64,000 bases of DNA from NCBI RefSeq assembly GCF_006345805.1, contig NC_043012.1, positions 59,334,001 to 59,398,000 of the forward strand, read 5' to 3'. Every line of letters starts with the position of its first letter. The first letter of the stretch is position 1. Below are positions 25,575-37,607 of the stretch, in pieces. Position numbers and translations under genes: made by a program. The stretch is from Octopus sinensis. Lineage: Eukaryota. The notes below the pieces were generated by a model. The model ran no database searches. It was not told the DNA's origin and was given only the letters and a program-made list of their open reading frames with translations.

Positions 25575-25969
25575 GGCACAGGAGTGACTATGCGGTAAAT
25601 AGCTTGCTTACCACCTACATGGTGTTCCGCTTTCATTCCCACTGCGTAGCACCTTGGGCAAGTGTCTTATACTGTAGCCTCGGGCCGACCATAGGCTTGT
25701 GAGTGGATTTGGTAGACGGAAACTGAAGGAAGCCCGTCGTATATATGTATATATATATGTATGTGTGTGTATAAGTTTGTGTGCCTGTGTTTGTCCCCCC
25801 ACCATTGCTTGACAACCGATGCTGGTGTGTTTATGTCCTCGGCAAAAGATACCGATAGAATAAGTACTAGGCTTACAAAGAATAAGTCCTGGGGTCGACT
25901 TGCTTGACCAAAGGCGGTGCTCCAGCATGGCCGCAGTCAAATGACTGAAACAAGTAAAAGAGTAAAAAG
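25575..25969 (+). mobile_element. SINE family B, full length
   Basis: Head GGCACAGGAGTGACTATGCGG, internal (TA/TG)n, tail GGCGGTGCTCCAGCATGGCCGCAGTCAAATGACTGAAACAAGTAAAAGAG. Confidence 0.9.
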
Positions 25970-26132
25970 CGTATAGTAAATGTGTATGTATGTATGTATG
26001 TATGCGTGTGCGTTTTGTACGCGCGCGTGCGTGCATGCGTGGGTGTATGTGCGCGCGAGCAGGTAAATATATATATATATATACATATAATATATATTAT
26101 ATATATATATATATATATGCATATATATATAA

Positions 26133-26190
<58 letters not shown>

Positions 26191-26348
26191 GAGTAAATAT
26201 TTTTCTTAATGGTTTTTAAAAAAACAACAATTATTTACTGGTAGATTTCGGCATGTAAATATAACCATTAACGGTAGAAACTTCTATAAAACTTCAATAT
26301 ATATATGTATATAAATAAAAAAACAGGCAATAGGTTGCTCAGCTATTT

Positions 26349-26413
<65 letters not shown>

Positions 26414-26779
26414 TGTGTATGTATGTCTGTGAGTCTGTGCGTGTCTGTGTGCTTGTATATATTGTACGTCTTTATGACTGTTCTGGGCCCCAAAACTGCT
26501 TGACAAACTATGTTGGTGTGCTTACTTCCCTATAATTTTAGCGATTCAGCAAAATAACTTATAAATCATATTAAGGTCCTGAAAGACTAGACAGGGTTTT
26601 CATCGTCGATGTCATGTGGGTGACGGTTATGTTGTAGTTTTTGTTATATTACTTTCTTTTTACTTATTTATTCTGATGAAGAGGGGTATCGGCAACGATT
26701 TTCAAGTCGTTGCAGTTATTTTTGTTGTGGTTGCTTCCCCAGATTTTCAGACCTTGTAGTAGAAAGAATTGGTATTATA

Positions 26780-26985
26780 TGGCGGCAAGCTATCAAAATC
26801 GTTAGAAAGCCGGGCGAAATGCTTTGCGGAATTTCGTCGGCCACTACGTTCTGAGTTCAAATTCCACCGAGTTCGACTTTGCCCTTCATCGTTTTGTGGT
26901 CGATAACTTAAGAACCAGTCAAGTGCTTGGGTCGATCTAATAGACTATCCCCTCCCCACAAATTCCAGGTCTTGTGCCTATCATA
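26780..26985 (+). mobile_element. SINE family A variant
   Basis: GGCGGCAAGCT...TACGTTCTGAGTTCAAATTCCACCGAG...CCCTCCCCACAAATTCCAGGTCTTGTGCC. Confidence 0.75.
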
Positions 26986-27094
26986 GAAACGATTATTATT
27001 ATTATTATTATCATTATTATTATTATTATTATTATTATCATTATTATTATTATTAATATTATTATTATTAATATTATTATTATCATCATTATTA

Positions 27095-27165
<71 letters not shown>

Positions 27166-27330
27166 GGGTGAGAGAGCAGTGCATGCCATCAAAGTGATCT
27201 GCGACAAATATACAAAGCCCAGTATACACATGATGACTACCCAAGGGTACACCAGGCACATGCATCACTATCATATATGCCAGATTTAGTGATCTCATAT
27301 CAACATAAAAGGCGCATGATCTTGATTAGA
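27166..27330 (-). mobile_element. (AAT)n-tailed element, 3' fragment
   Basis: Reverse complement of 27740-27892; its (ATT)n tail occupies about 26992-27165. Confidence 0.75.
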
Positions 27331-27420
27331 CACTTACATATAATAATAATAATAATATAATAATAATAATAATGATAATAATAATAATAATAATAATATA
27401 ATAATAATAATAATAATAAT

Positions 27421-27892
27421 TTGGTATAAAAGATGGGCTACAGCAAATATTCTGCTCAATACCACAGATTTGCTTGTCAGTTGTTTGACCTTAACCAGTT
27501 GAGCATGTCTCTTAGTGGCTGATGATATGTGCATCTCTGATCACGAGCGGAAGTAGTGGGGGAGCATCATAGCCATGTGTTGAGAGGAATTCTATGGAGT
27601 TTGAATAATTCACCTCTGGAAACATAGGTGTTTCGTTCAACATCCTAAAACAACCCTTATTCAAGGACTTTTTGAGTGGGATCGGTTACTCGACCAGAAG
27701 AAAATTCTAACTGGGCCCCACCTGCTAGGTCATGCACTGTTTATCTTGATATGCGATCACCATGTCACGCACATATGGTTGTAATGCATGTGCCTGGTGT
27801 ATCCTTATCAGACGGGTAGTCATGATGGGTATACTGGGCTTCGTATATTTTACCCCAGTGTCACTTTGATGGCATGCACTGCTCTCTCACTC
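27421..27892 (+). mobile_element. About 470-bp non-coding interspersed element bounded by (AAT)n on both sides
   Basis: Highly similar to 44334-44739; ends CACTTTGATGGCATGCACTGCTCTCTCACTC then (AAT)n; no ORF or Pol III boxes seen. Confidence 0.8.
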
Positions 27893-27929
<37 letters not shown>

Positions 27930-27959
27930 GAATTGTCTTCAGTTCGAGTAGCCCACCCC

Positions 27960-28225
27960 GCTCAAAATGTCCCTGAATAAGTGTTGTTTAAGTTTGATGG
28001 ACAAGACATCGTTGTTTCCGAAGGTGAATTATCCAAACCCCAAAGAATTCCTCTCGACATGTGGCTATGATGCTCTCTCACTACTTCTGCTCATGATCAG
28101 AGATGCACGTATCGTCAGCCACTAAGGAACATGCCCAATTGGTTACGGTCAAACAACTGACAAGCAAATGTGTGGTATTGAGCAGAATATTTGCTGTATC
28201 CCATCTTTTATACCAAGACAAACTA
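27960..28225 (-). mobile_element. (AAT)n-tailed element, 5' fragment
   Basis: Reverse complement of 27421-27640 (GAGCAGAATATTTGCTGT..CCCATCTTTTATACCAA). Confidence 0.75.
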
Positions 28226-28306
28226 ATGTACGTGATAATATTTCCAATCAGCTATGATCAGACAAGACATGAGAGCGTCTGTCTGATACTGTATCAGCGT
28301 ATTTTA

Positions 28307-28350
<44 letters not shown>

Positions 28351-28660
28351 TTGACCAGAGCAGGAAGTTATCTATTGTTAAATGAACTGTAAATATTTTT
28401 TTAGGAATTGTATATATACTCTCTCAATCGACTTTCATTACTTTTCTTTCAAAATAACAAAAATCTATGTAAAGAACATATTTAAACAACAGAATAACGA
28501 AGAACTATTGAAACAACATCTATTTAAACAAGATGGTCACTAGGTGGATGGAATCTATAATTCAATGAGCAATACCTGTCTCACACAATGACTCGGGGAT
28601 TCTTCCCGAGCATTAAGTTAAGGGTAAACGTGTCTAAAGGACACACAACGAATAGATAGC

Positions 28661-28760
28661 NNNNNNNNNNNNNNNNNNNNNNNNNNNNNNNNNNNNNNNN
28701 NNNNNNNNNNNNNNNNNNNNNNNNNNNNNNNNNNNNNNNNNNNNNNNNNNNNNNNNNNNN
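28661..28760. other. Assembly gap
   Basis: 100 N bases. Confidence 1.
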
Positions 28761-28869
28761 TATCATCGACAAATTTGTTTTTAACAAATTTGAATATATC
28801 GCTCTTTTTTTAAAACATTTTCCTACTTGACAGTTGCACTTTTAGCTCTGCCTTGAAGAAAGCTTTACT

Positions 28870-29030
28870 TCTTGGACTCACGTTTTTGTTAAACCTCCGT
28901 TAACAGCACCGTGTGCAGGTCATTTCTGTTTTCATTCACGCACTGATAAATTTTCCACTATAGAGACTTTAATGGTCCTAAAGAAACTATATCGGTGGAC
29001 AGACTAAAAAAGGCCTTCGTAGAGAAAACT
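28870..29030 (+). pseudogene. Ty3/Gypsy integrase C-terminal remnant
   Basis: SWTHVFVK-PPLTAPCAGHF..HSRTDKFSTI, frameshift, FNGPKETISVDRLKKAF, matching the Gypsy tail motif THVFVR..PL..PY.GP...R..K.F.....G....VSIDRLK.A. Confidence 0.75.
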
Positions 29031-29099
29031 GTCTCTGTTCCCACTGCAGACGATACATACACAGCATTAAAAACACCGTCCGCATACCCACCTTCACAT

Positions 29100-29330
29100 T
29101 CCGTGACTACCACTGGGATCGATCCGGTACCGGATAAGGACACTGGATTATTTTTCCGTTTTGTTTTTTTACTTAATTTTTGAGAGCGGTCGGGTTCAGT
29201 TTTAGTATTCTCGTTTGTGATAGCAGTCGAGTCTATTTCAGATATTCTCATTTTAAAAATCATCTCCGGCTAATCGTTGAGAGGACGTTGATGTTGCCTT
29301 GGCGGAGGTTTGCGCTCCCTGAGTGCTCTT
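29100..29330 (+). mobile_element. HINE/DINE-1-like element, 3' half
   Basis: GGGATCGATCCGGTACCGGATAAGGACACTGGATTATTT shared with the 3820-4077 element; 3' subTIR CGGAGGT (29303-29309, complement of ACCTCCG) followed by hairpin GCGCTC-CCT-GAGTGC (29312-29326). Confidence 0.65.
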
Positions 29331-29499
29331 GTTGCTTTTGTTGCTGTTGCTGGTGCTGCTATTGTTTAGTCTCATGCCAGCTCAAACTGAGCAGACTTCC
29401 AAGCAAAGGCGTTTCAAACTTTACCATGTTTACGCGCTACTAAACGCGTAGCTAATCGGACGATCAAATATTTCATAAACCTACATCGTTACATTTACA

Positions 29500-29700
29500 A
29501 ATGTAGTGCCAATAAGTTATTGTGGGCGTCTGATTAATTGGTTTGGGTGCTGTGTGGCCTCAATCATTTACTTGAGAATTTGATTCCCAGATTGGTTCAC
29601 ATGTTGTGTCCTACACACGTTACCCTTGTTCATTGCCCTGAAAATAAAACCCAGCAGCAATCAACTGGTGTTGTCAAGCTCGTAATGGATTGGCGCATGC
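29500..29700. promoter_or_regulatory. Candidate enhancer-like unique sequence
   Basis: TGATTAATTGG (29531-29541), TCAATCA (29560-29566) and several ATTGG/CCAAT motifs in non-repetitive DNA; motif presence only. Confidence 0.25.
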
Positions 29701-30367
29701 ACAAGCCTACATAAAGATTAGGAACAGCGACTGTCCTACTCGATATTTTTTCACTACAAAAAGCCTATACTTTGCGCTATTGGTTTCAGTCACTATTGGT
29801 TCCGGGTTTTATAATACAATGAGCCTTATAAATAAACTAATTCCTTTGAGCTGTTCCAATAACAACAATCTTGCGAGCTATAGAAGTCTGACTTGTCAAA
29901 TCAGTTATATGCGTATGTGTTTACGGCTTCGGCTGATTTTAAAGGTAATACGTTGTGACTGATTACCTTGGAGTTTTCTTCCAGAATTTTCCCAGCGCCA
30001 GGAAGTTGTGTCGCAGTCTCGAAATATTTATTGTTTGCAAAATTTCGCTGAGCACTTAACGTGAATTTACACGCACTTGAGATGAATAAGGAGGTATTGT
30101 GTTGCATTGGAGTGAGTCGTATTATCCGTGTGTGTGTGTGTGTGTGGTGTGTGTGTTGTGTGTGTGTATTTGTGTATGTATGATTGCATGTATGTATATG
30201 TATATTTGTGCGTTTACACACATATAAAAAAATTCACCTACATATGCATAAGAGAGACAGAGACGGGCAGAAACAAAGAAAATGCCACTTGTATTTGAAC
30301 ACTATACGAATATTCTTAAAAAAAAACTTTTCTTTTAATTTTTCTAAATTTAATTATCTAATTGTTA

Positions 30368-30403
30368 CAGTTGAAAAAGTCTCATTGACTGAAACCGGTA
30401 CTG
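30368..30403 (+). ncRNA. Hammerhead ribozyme, U3:A8 core variant
   Basis: CAG-TTGAAAA-AGTC(TCATT)GACT-GAAAC-CG-GTA-CTG. Confidence 0.7.
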
Positions 30404-30473
30404 AAATTTTTTTTATAAAATTGTTTTGGCATTTTCTATTCTCTTTCTCTTTCTCTATCTTGACTTTTTTTTT

Positions 30474-30523
<50 letters not shown>

Positions 30524-30582
30524 GACATAATACATAGGGTAATAATAAATTATTACAACACTTTCCTATTTGGAAGCCTCTT

Positions 30583-30647
<65 letters not shown>

Positions 30648-31052
30648 AAGTATATGTATATCTAGGTATGTATGTATGTATCTATGTATACACACACACC
30701 ACACAACACACACACACCACACACACCTATATATATATGTGTGTATATACATACATTTAAATACATATATATCATTATATACACATAATATATAATATAA
30801 TATAATATATATATGGTACCTCAGTCGAATGTTTAAGAAGAGATATAAAGACTCAATGCATTATAAGTAGGGCATAATACATACATAAAAGCATCCACCC
30901 ACACCCTTAGCGTCATATGGACATACACACACGCACATACGCATGGACACGGACATATATCAAATTTAATATTGTTGTCAGTGTCATGTTCAGCGATATC
31001 TTAATACCATCGTAAGAGGAAATGACAGATACGAATAATAATAATAATAATA

Positions 31053-31099
<47 letters not shown>

Positions 31100-31125
31100 T
31101 GATGATGATGATGATGATGATGATA

Positions 31126-31178
<53 letters not shown>

Positions 31179-31599
31179 TAAATGGCAATAATAATAATAA
31201 ATATAATGGCAATAATAATATTTAACAGTAAATAAATGAATATATAAACAAATAAATGCAAACACACTTCCTTTGAAAATAAGGGCATACACGAGGGGGG
31301 CGGCGATAGATGACTGCTTGGTGGGTATGGAGGTGGGTTGGGGGGCGTTTTACACACACGAGTGGTGACGGAGTGGCTGGTTGGTCGGTCGGTCGGTGGT
31401 CGGTCGACTAACAGAAGCTAACATCGCACATGTTGGTCTGGTGGTAGAACGAAACACGTTTAAAGGAAGAGGTGTGAGGATGCTGGAGAGAAAGAGAGAG
31501 AGAGAGATGGAGAGAGAGTGCGTGTGTGTGTATGAGAGAGAAAAATAAATATGAGGAGAGCGGAAACATTTTATGAGTTTAAGGGAGATTAATTATAGC

Positions 31600-32060
31600 G
31601 ATAGCTAGCCTAGAACCAATAGGATGATGGATCTATTACAGCTGACACCATGTGACCACATGACAGTTTATGGTTGTTATAAAACAAGGCTATTAAGCTT
31701 GTGAAGGCATATCTAATTGCTGTACAGTGAGTGGAAAGAGCAAAGAGCCTGTGAAGCACATTGGCTGGTTAACGTCACTTCCTGGATTACTTCTTCGAAT
31801 ACAGAGAACCGACTGGATGGGCAAGCACTAGCGCCCTCTAAATAAAGTCCATTTATTCGTCTCTGCCCCGGCTTTTACTAATTCACACTTCTTCCTTCTT
31901 TTCTGTTTTTTTTTTGTTCATCCTCAACAATTTCTACCCCGACAACGATTATTTCGTCAGCCGTATTTGGTGGGTGGTAGTAAAAGGGTGGGCGCGGAGC
32001 GGAGATGGTGGTAGTGGTGGATGTGGTTGCGGTAATGGTGTAGATTTAGCGCCAATAAAG
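31600..32060. promoter_or_regulatory. Candidate promoter or cis-regulatory module
   Basis: CCAAT/ATTGG boxes, E-boxes, ETS-CRE-like ACGTCACTTCCTG (31772-31784), CTCF-like TAGCGCCCTCTA (31829-31840), GC-box-like GGGTGGGCGCGG, next to (GA)n; motif presence only. Confidence 0.3.
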
Positions 32061-32392
32061 TAATCCATTTCCTTCTGATGATAACCATCAATGTATGAAG
32101 ACAGTCTGAGAGTCTCGAAGTCTGTTTATATAGAAACTGTAGAATCTACTTCCTGGTTTCTTTGATACAACGCAACGAACAGACATTGTGTGTGTGTGTG
32201 CGTGTGTGTGTGTGTGCACGCACGCATACATGCATACATATACGTACATAAATATATACATACACACACGTACACACCAAAGTTGTAGAGCAAACAGAAT
32301 AAACATAACTATTATGAATATTTATATATTTTAATACTTTAATGGTCGTGTGTGAAAACCCTCAGCCCTGTCGATCAGTAATAGCAATAATA

Positions 32393-32440
<48 letters not shown>

Positions 32441-32539
32441 TAATGATAATAATAATAATGATAATGATAATAATAATAATAATGATAATAATAATAATAA
32501 TGATAATAAGGGTTTCACGTTTTGGCGTCAAGCCAGCAA

Positions 32540-32705
32540 GCCTTATGTCGATTACATCGACCCAGTACGCAACTGGTACCTATTTTATCGACCCCGAAAA
32601 AATGAAAGGCAAAGTCGACCTCGGTGAAATTTGAACTCACTGCGTAGAGATGGACAAAATACTGACAAGCATTTTGCATGGTATGCTAACGATTCTGCCA
32701 ACTCC
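32540..32705 (-). mobile_element. SINE family A variant
   Basis: TCGACCCAGTACGCAACTGGTAC...GAAAGGCAAAGTCGACCTCGG..AAATTTGAACTC. Confidence 0.75.
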
Positions 32706-32797
32706 CCTAAAACTAATAACAATAATAATAATGATGATGATGATGGTAATAATAACAACAACAGCAGCAGCACAACAACAACAACAACAACAACAAC

Positions 32798-32839
<42 letters not shown>

Positions 32840-33278
32840 TAATAATTGTATATCGAGAAAAGACGAAAGGTTTCTCCCGAGCCAATTACATACTTCAAGT
32901 CAGTGCTGGCAGAAATTAAATCAGCTTGCAAATCTACTTTCACTTTACGAAACTTATAATCTGGCTAAGCCCGAACAGCCCGGGCGCCGGAGTCGCCACT
33001 GATACACACACACACAAACACACACACACACACAAATATATATATATCAGAGGCAATATATATATCAGGTCAACAGCATCACACGAGCTCATCGCAGATT
33101 TCGCATAAGTGACATCTTTAAAAGAAGGTAAGAGACGTAATGCACACCGCAGACTTAAAAATATGCTCGGATAATTAAACAGGAAGCAAGTTTGCTGCTT
33201 TTAACGAAAGAATGCCACACGTTTTCGCGCTTTATTTCTAGCTTCAAACGACTTATTTTTTTTATCTCTAGCATTATA

Positions 33279-33690
33279 GGCGCAGGAGTGGCTGTGTGGT
33301 AAGTAGCTTGCTAACCAACCACATGGTTCCGGGTTCAGTCCCACTGCGTGGCATCTTGGGCAAGTGTCTTCTGCTATAGCCCCGGGCCGACCAATGCCTT
33401 GTGAGTGGATTTGGTAGACGGAAACTGAAAGAAGCCTGTCGTATGTATGTATATATATATGTATGCGTGTGTGTTTGTGTTTGTCCTCCTAGCATTGCTT
33501 GACAACCAATGCTGGTGTGTTTACGTCCCCGTCACTTATCGGTTCGGCAAAAAGAGACCGATAGAATAAGTACTGGGCTTACAAAGAATAAGTCCCGGGG
33601 TCGATTTGCTCGACTAAAGGCGGTGCTCCAGCATGGCCGCAGTCAAATTACTAAAACAAGTAAAAGATAAAAGATAAAAAGATAAAAGAT
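33279..33690 (+). mobile_element. SINE family B, best-preserved full-length copy
   Basis: GGCGCAGGAGTGGCTGTGTGG (A-box), GGGTTCAGTCCC (B-box), CORE-like CATCTTGGGCAAGTGTCTTC, internal microsatellite, (AAAAGAT)n tail. Confidence 0.92.
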
Positions 33691-34169
33691 ATCTTTCTCC
33701 ATTTCTAAGTTAATGGTAAAAATAAGGTAACCATGCAAAAGACAACTGATCTTTACACACCGATGATCAGAATAACAGCAATACCAGCAAATAATGAAAG
33801 CGGAGTGCACAAACATCAGCAATCTTGACTGTACCCTGCACTCTTGACAAGAGATGCCATTTAGTCTTTTACGCCTACCAGGCTCGTTCGTATTAGCCCG
33901 AGTTGCTGGATAATTTTTCGTTCCTTTCAGAATATTCTAGAGCGGAAACTTTTCATAGATTGGAATTTAAATCTTAATCCCTATAGAAATTTATCGTTTC
34001 AAGAAAACATTGAATTTGAATAATTTTTTTAAATTTTTACGATTATAGATAACAACTCGCGCTGTAACTTCTGAGCCCGAGACAGGCGTGATGTTAAGAG
34101 AACGTCTGCTACGAATGATAATTTTTGACACAAGGCACCTCTAAGACAACCTGCCTTTAAGAGTCTTTT

Positions 34170-34330
34170 AGTCGAAAAAAAAAAAAAAGGAACCCAGGAC
34201 TTGCTGCTTGTAAGCCTAATACTTATTCTATCCATCTTTTTTGCCGAACCGCTATGTTACGTGGACGTAAACACACTAACATCGGTTGTCAAGTGTTGGA
34301 GGGGGGACACACTCAGACACAAATATATAT
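34170..34330 (-). mobile_element. SINE family B, 3' half
   Basis: TTTGCCGAACCGCTA...GTAAACACACTAACATCGGTTGTCAAG. Confidence 0.75.
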
Positions 34331-34334
34331 ACAC

Positions 34335-34388
<54 letters not shown>

Positions 34389-34394
34389 ATCTAT

Positions 34395-34425
<31 letters not shown>

Positions 34426-34519
34426 ATGTATATATTATATATGTATATATATATATTTATAGTATACATTATTATATATATATATATATATAATATATAT
34501 ATGTAATATAATATATATA

Positions 34520-34554
<35 letters not shown>

Positions 34555-35414
34555 AAGATAAATTCAGATGAATATGGTACATCAGTTGAGGCACCAGAAC
34601 TTACTACGGTATTTTCCATACAATTTCAAAATAAGGTGATTAAAATCAAAATAAGCAAGAAGGATATCCAGAGGTAATTCAGTACAATCGTTTCACGCAA
34701 CTCCATTTAGTTGAACAATGCAACCATTGCATCAATTTAAATGTAGAGCAAACCTCAGCTGCATAAAGATATAAAATTTAATTAAATTTTAAAAAATGGA
34801 CACATTAGTATAATTTTACCTAAAATCTCAAAGAAGTTAAGGAGATAGACAAAGAACATGCTGCCTTCGCTTCAGCTTAGAAGCAACTAAGGCATCAGGA
34901 AGAAAGACTTGTTACCGATTTTGCTTGTCACTGTTTTATGGGGTCAGTTTTAATTTATAGACTAGTGTTATCAAATCCTTGTATATCTAAGGCCGAGAGA
35001 ACACGGGGATGTGTCTGTTAGAGGTAGGGCTGAGTGAGTCGACAGAAATCATAGTGGGTATAATCATAAAAAATCAAGATTTATTAGAAGCAATATCATG
35101 AGATTTGGTAAAGGAAAACTTAAATCTAGATGTTAGCTGCCACTAGCAGACCATTGATAATGAATCAGGGGAAATCTTATCATGTAGTACTATATTATAT
35201 AATTAAATTGCTAACTCATCATATAGTTTCTGTGAATATTGATCAATTGGTAAATACTGGTATTTAATAAAAGAGTTATGGGGTAAAAGAACATGCTAAC
35301 TATATATTAATTAAATTATAATCTAAACAGGTTATTATAAATAGTGAATATACCAGTATTGTTTTATGTAAGCTAAGTATGAATTTATAGAGGTACAAAA
35401 ATTAGATTTATTTT

Positions 35415-35620
35415 ATACAGGCTATTGAAAAGGTTGCAAGACGCAACGAAAATTTTAGGAAAATAAAAATAAGAAATAAAGGGAAATTTTACCGGTGAGT
35501 GTGTTAAATTGTAAAGCACAAAAAGAAATGACTCTCCCCAGACACAACAGAATATGCTTCAACACACAAACTCACATAAAGAATCTTTCATACCAAATCC
35601 AAACACAAAAAATAAATAAA
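35415..35620 (+). pseudogene. Possible very degenerate L2/CR1-type LINE 3' end
   Basis: Fragments QAIEKVARR and T.THKESFIPN resemble the LERVQRRA and RTNRFKNSFIP motifs; frameshifted and weak. Confidence 0.25.
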
Positions 35621-35958
35621 GGCTATTATAATATAATAAAGAAATAAAATAATCAGGTAGGGTAGAACACCATAGAGAAGGAATAAAATAGCTTAATCAC
35701 TAAAAACATGATAAAGTATATGTAGCTTATTACCAACAATAGAGAAGATTTATAGAAAATGTATAATAATTCAAAATATATTAAACGAAAAATTACATAT
35801 TTACTTATTTAGCTAGTATCAATAAAGACTGATATCCCGTATTAGCTAAAGGAATATTTATGTTACAGGACATTTTAATTTTACACTAATTGTTTAAAAC
35901 TAAGGGTTATATTATAGGTTTAAGAAGTTATTATTGTTACTCCTTACATGATATTTGT

Positions 35959-36215
35959 GGAGGCGCGTGGCTTAGTGGTTAGGGTGTCAGCACCATGATC
36001 GTAAGATTGTGGTTTCGATTCCTGGATCGACCGAGCGTTGTGTTCTTGAGCAAAACACTTCATTTCACGTTGCTCCAGTCCACTCAGCTGGCAAAAATGA
36101 GTAACGCTGCGATGAACTGGCGTCCCATCCAGCTGGGAAACACATGCACCATTGAAACCGGGCAATCGGGCCCATGAACCTGGTTAGGCTTTAAAAAGGG
36201 CGCATTTATTTATTT
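35959..36215 (+). mobile_element. SINE family C, full length
   Basis: GGAGGCGCGTGGCTTAGTGGTTAGGG, GGTTTCGATTCC, CORE-like domain, (ATTT)n tail. Confidence 0.92.
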
Positions 36216-36998
36216 ATATGTATATGTATGTATGATATATTATATATATCATTATTAGTATATTAAACTGTCGTATGTCCAATTTTGGCCAAATGCGTTT
36301 TATTCAATATTTATTTTTGCTTGCCTTAGCGGGTTTTTTCGGTCAAACTATCGCATCTCCAGCTGCTTCAGATACCAAGATATCGAAAATTGTCCAAGTG
36401 TAATACAACGGTTTTGCTATGGAATGGTGAAACTATTTTTTCGCTTTCTGAAAAAGGAACGTTTTGAACTTACAATACTTTTACATAATATCAACCAAAT
36501 ATATATATATATATATGTATGTATGTATGTATGTTATGTATGTATGTATGTATGTATGTATGTATGTATGTATGTATGTATGTATATAAAAAAATAAACT
36601 TGCAAGGTACTGCACGAGGGAAGATATAGAGGAAAGAGGATTTGAAAAAGCAGAGGTCTTTTAAAGATGTTTATCGACTTGACCGGTTTCACTATTTTAA
36701 AAAAAGATTTTCAAAAGTAAAATGTAAGGATTTGTGTAACCTTTGTGGCGTTAAAAATGGTTATCATATTCTTATCATTGTCAAAGACTGTGTCACTGTA
36801 TTTCAATGTATGCATGATGACCATATTTAACACCACAAAGGCTACACAAAGCTTGCTCTTTACTTTTGAAAATTTAAAAAAAAAATGAAACTGGTCAAGT
36901 CAATAAACATCTTTAAAATACCTTTGCATTTGCAAATCTTCTTCCCTATACATACATACATACATACATACATACATACATACATACATACATACATA

Positions 36999-37029
<31 letters not shown>

Positions 37030-37351
37030 AAGAGAGAGAGAGAGAGCATGTGTGTGTGTGTGTGTGTGGTTTTATCCGTCTCCCCGCCAACTCGTGTTGG
37101 CTAGTTTACGACACCGTAACTTAAGATCGCGGCGGAAAAAGTGACGATAAAACAAATAGCAGACGTTAAAAAATAGAAAAAAAAATAAATAAAAGTAAAA
37201 CTCTTGAATCGATTTGTTCGACTAAACCCTTAAAAAGATGCCCTAACATGGCCGCAGTCCAATGATGGAAACAAGGAAAAAAGATATCCATTGTGACACA
37301 GTGTAAGTAGCTGGTTGTCTGAAAAGCCTGGCCTTCCGCACTACAATGTGA

Positions 37352-37607
37352 AAATAAATAAATGCGCCCTTTTAAAGCCTAGCCAGCCACATGGGCCCGG
37401 TTTCCCGGTTTCAATGGCGTATGTGATCCTCAGCTGGATGGGACGCCAGTCCATCGCAGCGTTACTCATTTTTGCGAGCTGAGTGGACTGGAGCAACGTG
37501 AAATTAAGTGTTTTGCTGAAGAATACAACGCTTACCCCGTCCAGGAATCGAAACCACAATCTTACGATCATGGTGCTGACACCCTAACCACTAAGCCACG
37601 CGCCTCC
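37352..37607 (-). mobile_element. SINE family C, full length, inverted to 35959-36215
   Basis: Near-identical reverse complement of the copy 1.1 kb upstream. Confidence 0.92.

Noticed and set aside
26673-26710. CTGATGAAGAGGGG as a hammerhead
   Set aside because: No matching stem II partner or GAAAC downstream.
29690-29962. 90-aa ORF MAHAQAYIK...
   Set aside because: Short and unrecognised, with no splice signals; within the range expected by chance.
34860-34905. Minus-strand CTGATGC-CTTAG/CTAAG-CTGAAGC as a hammerhead
   Set aside because: It needs several core changes and has no stem I or stem III.
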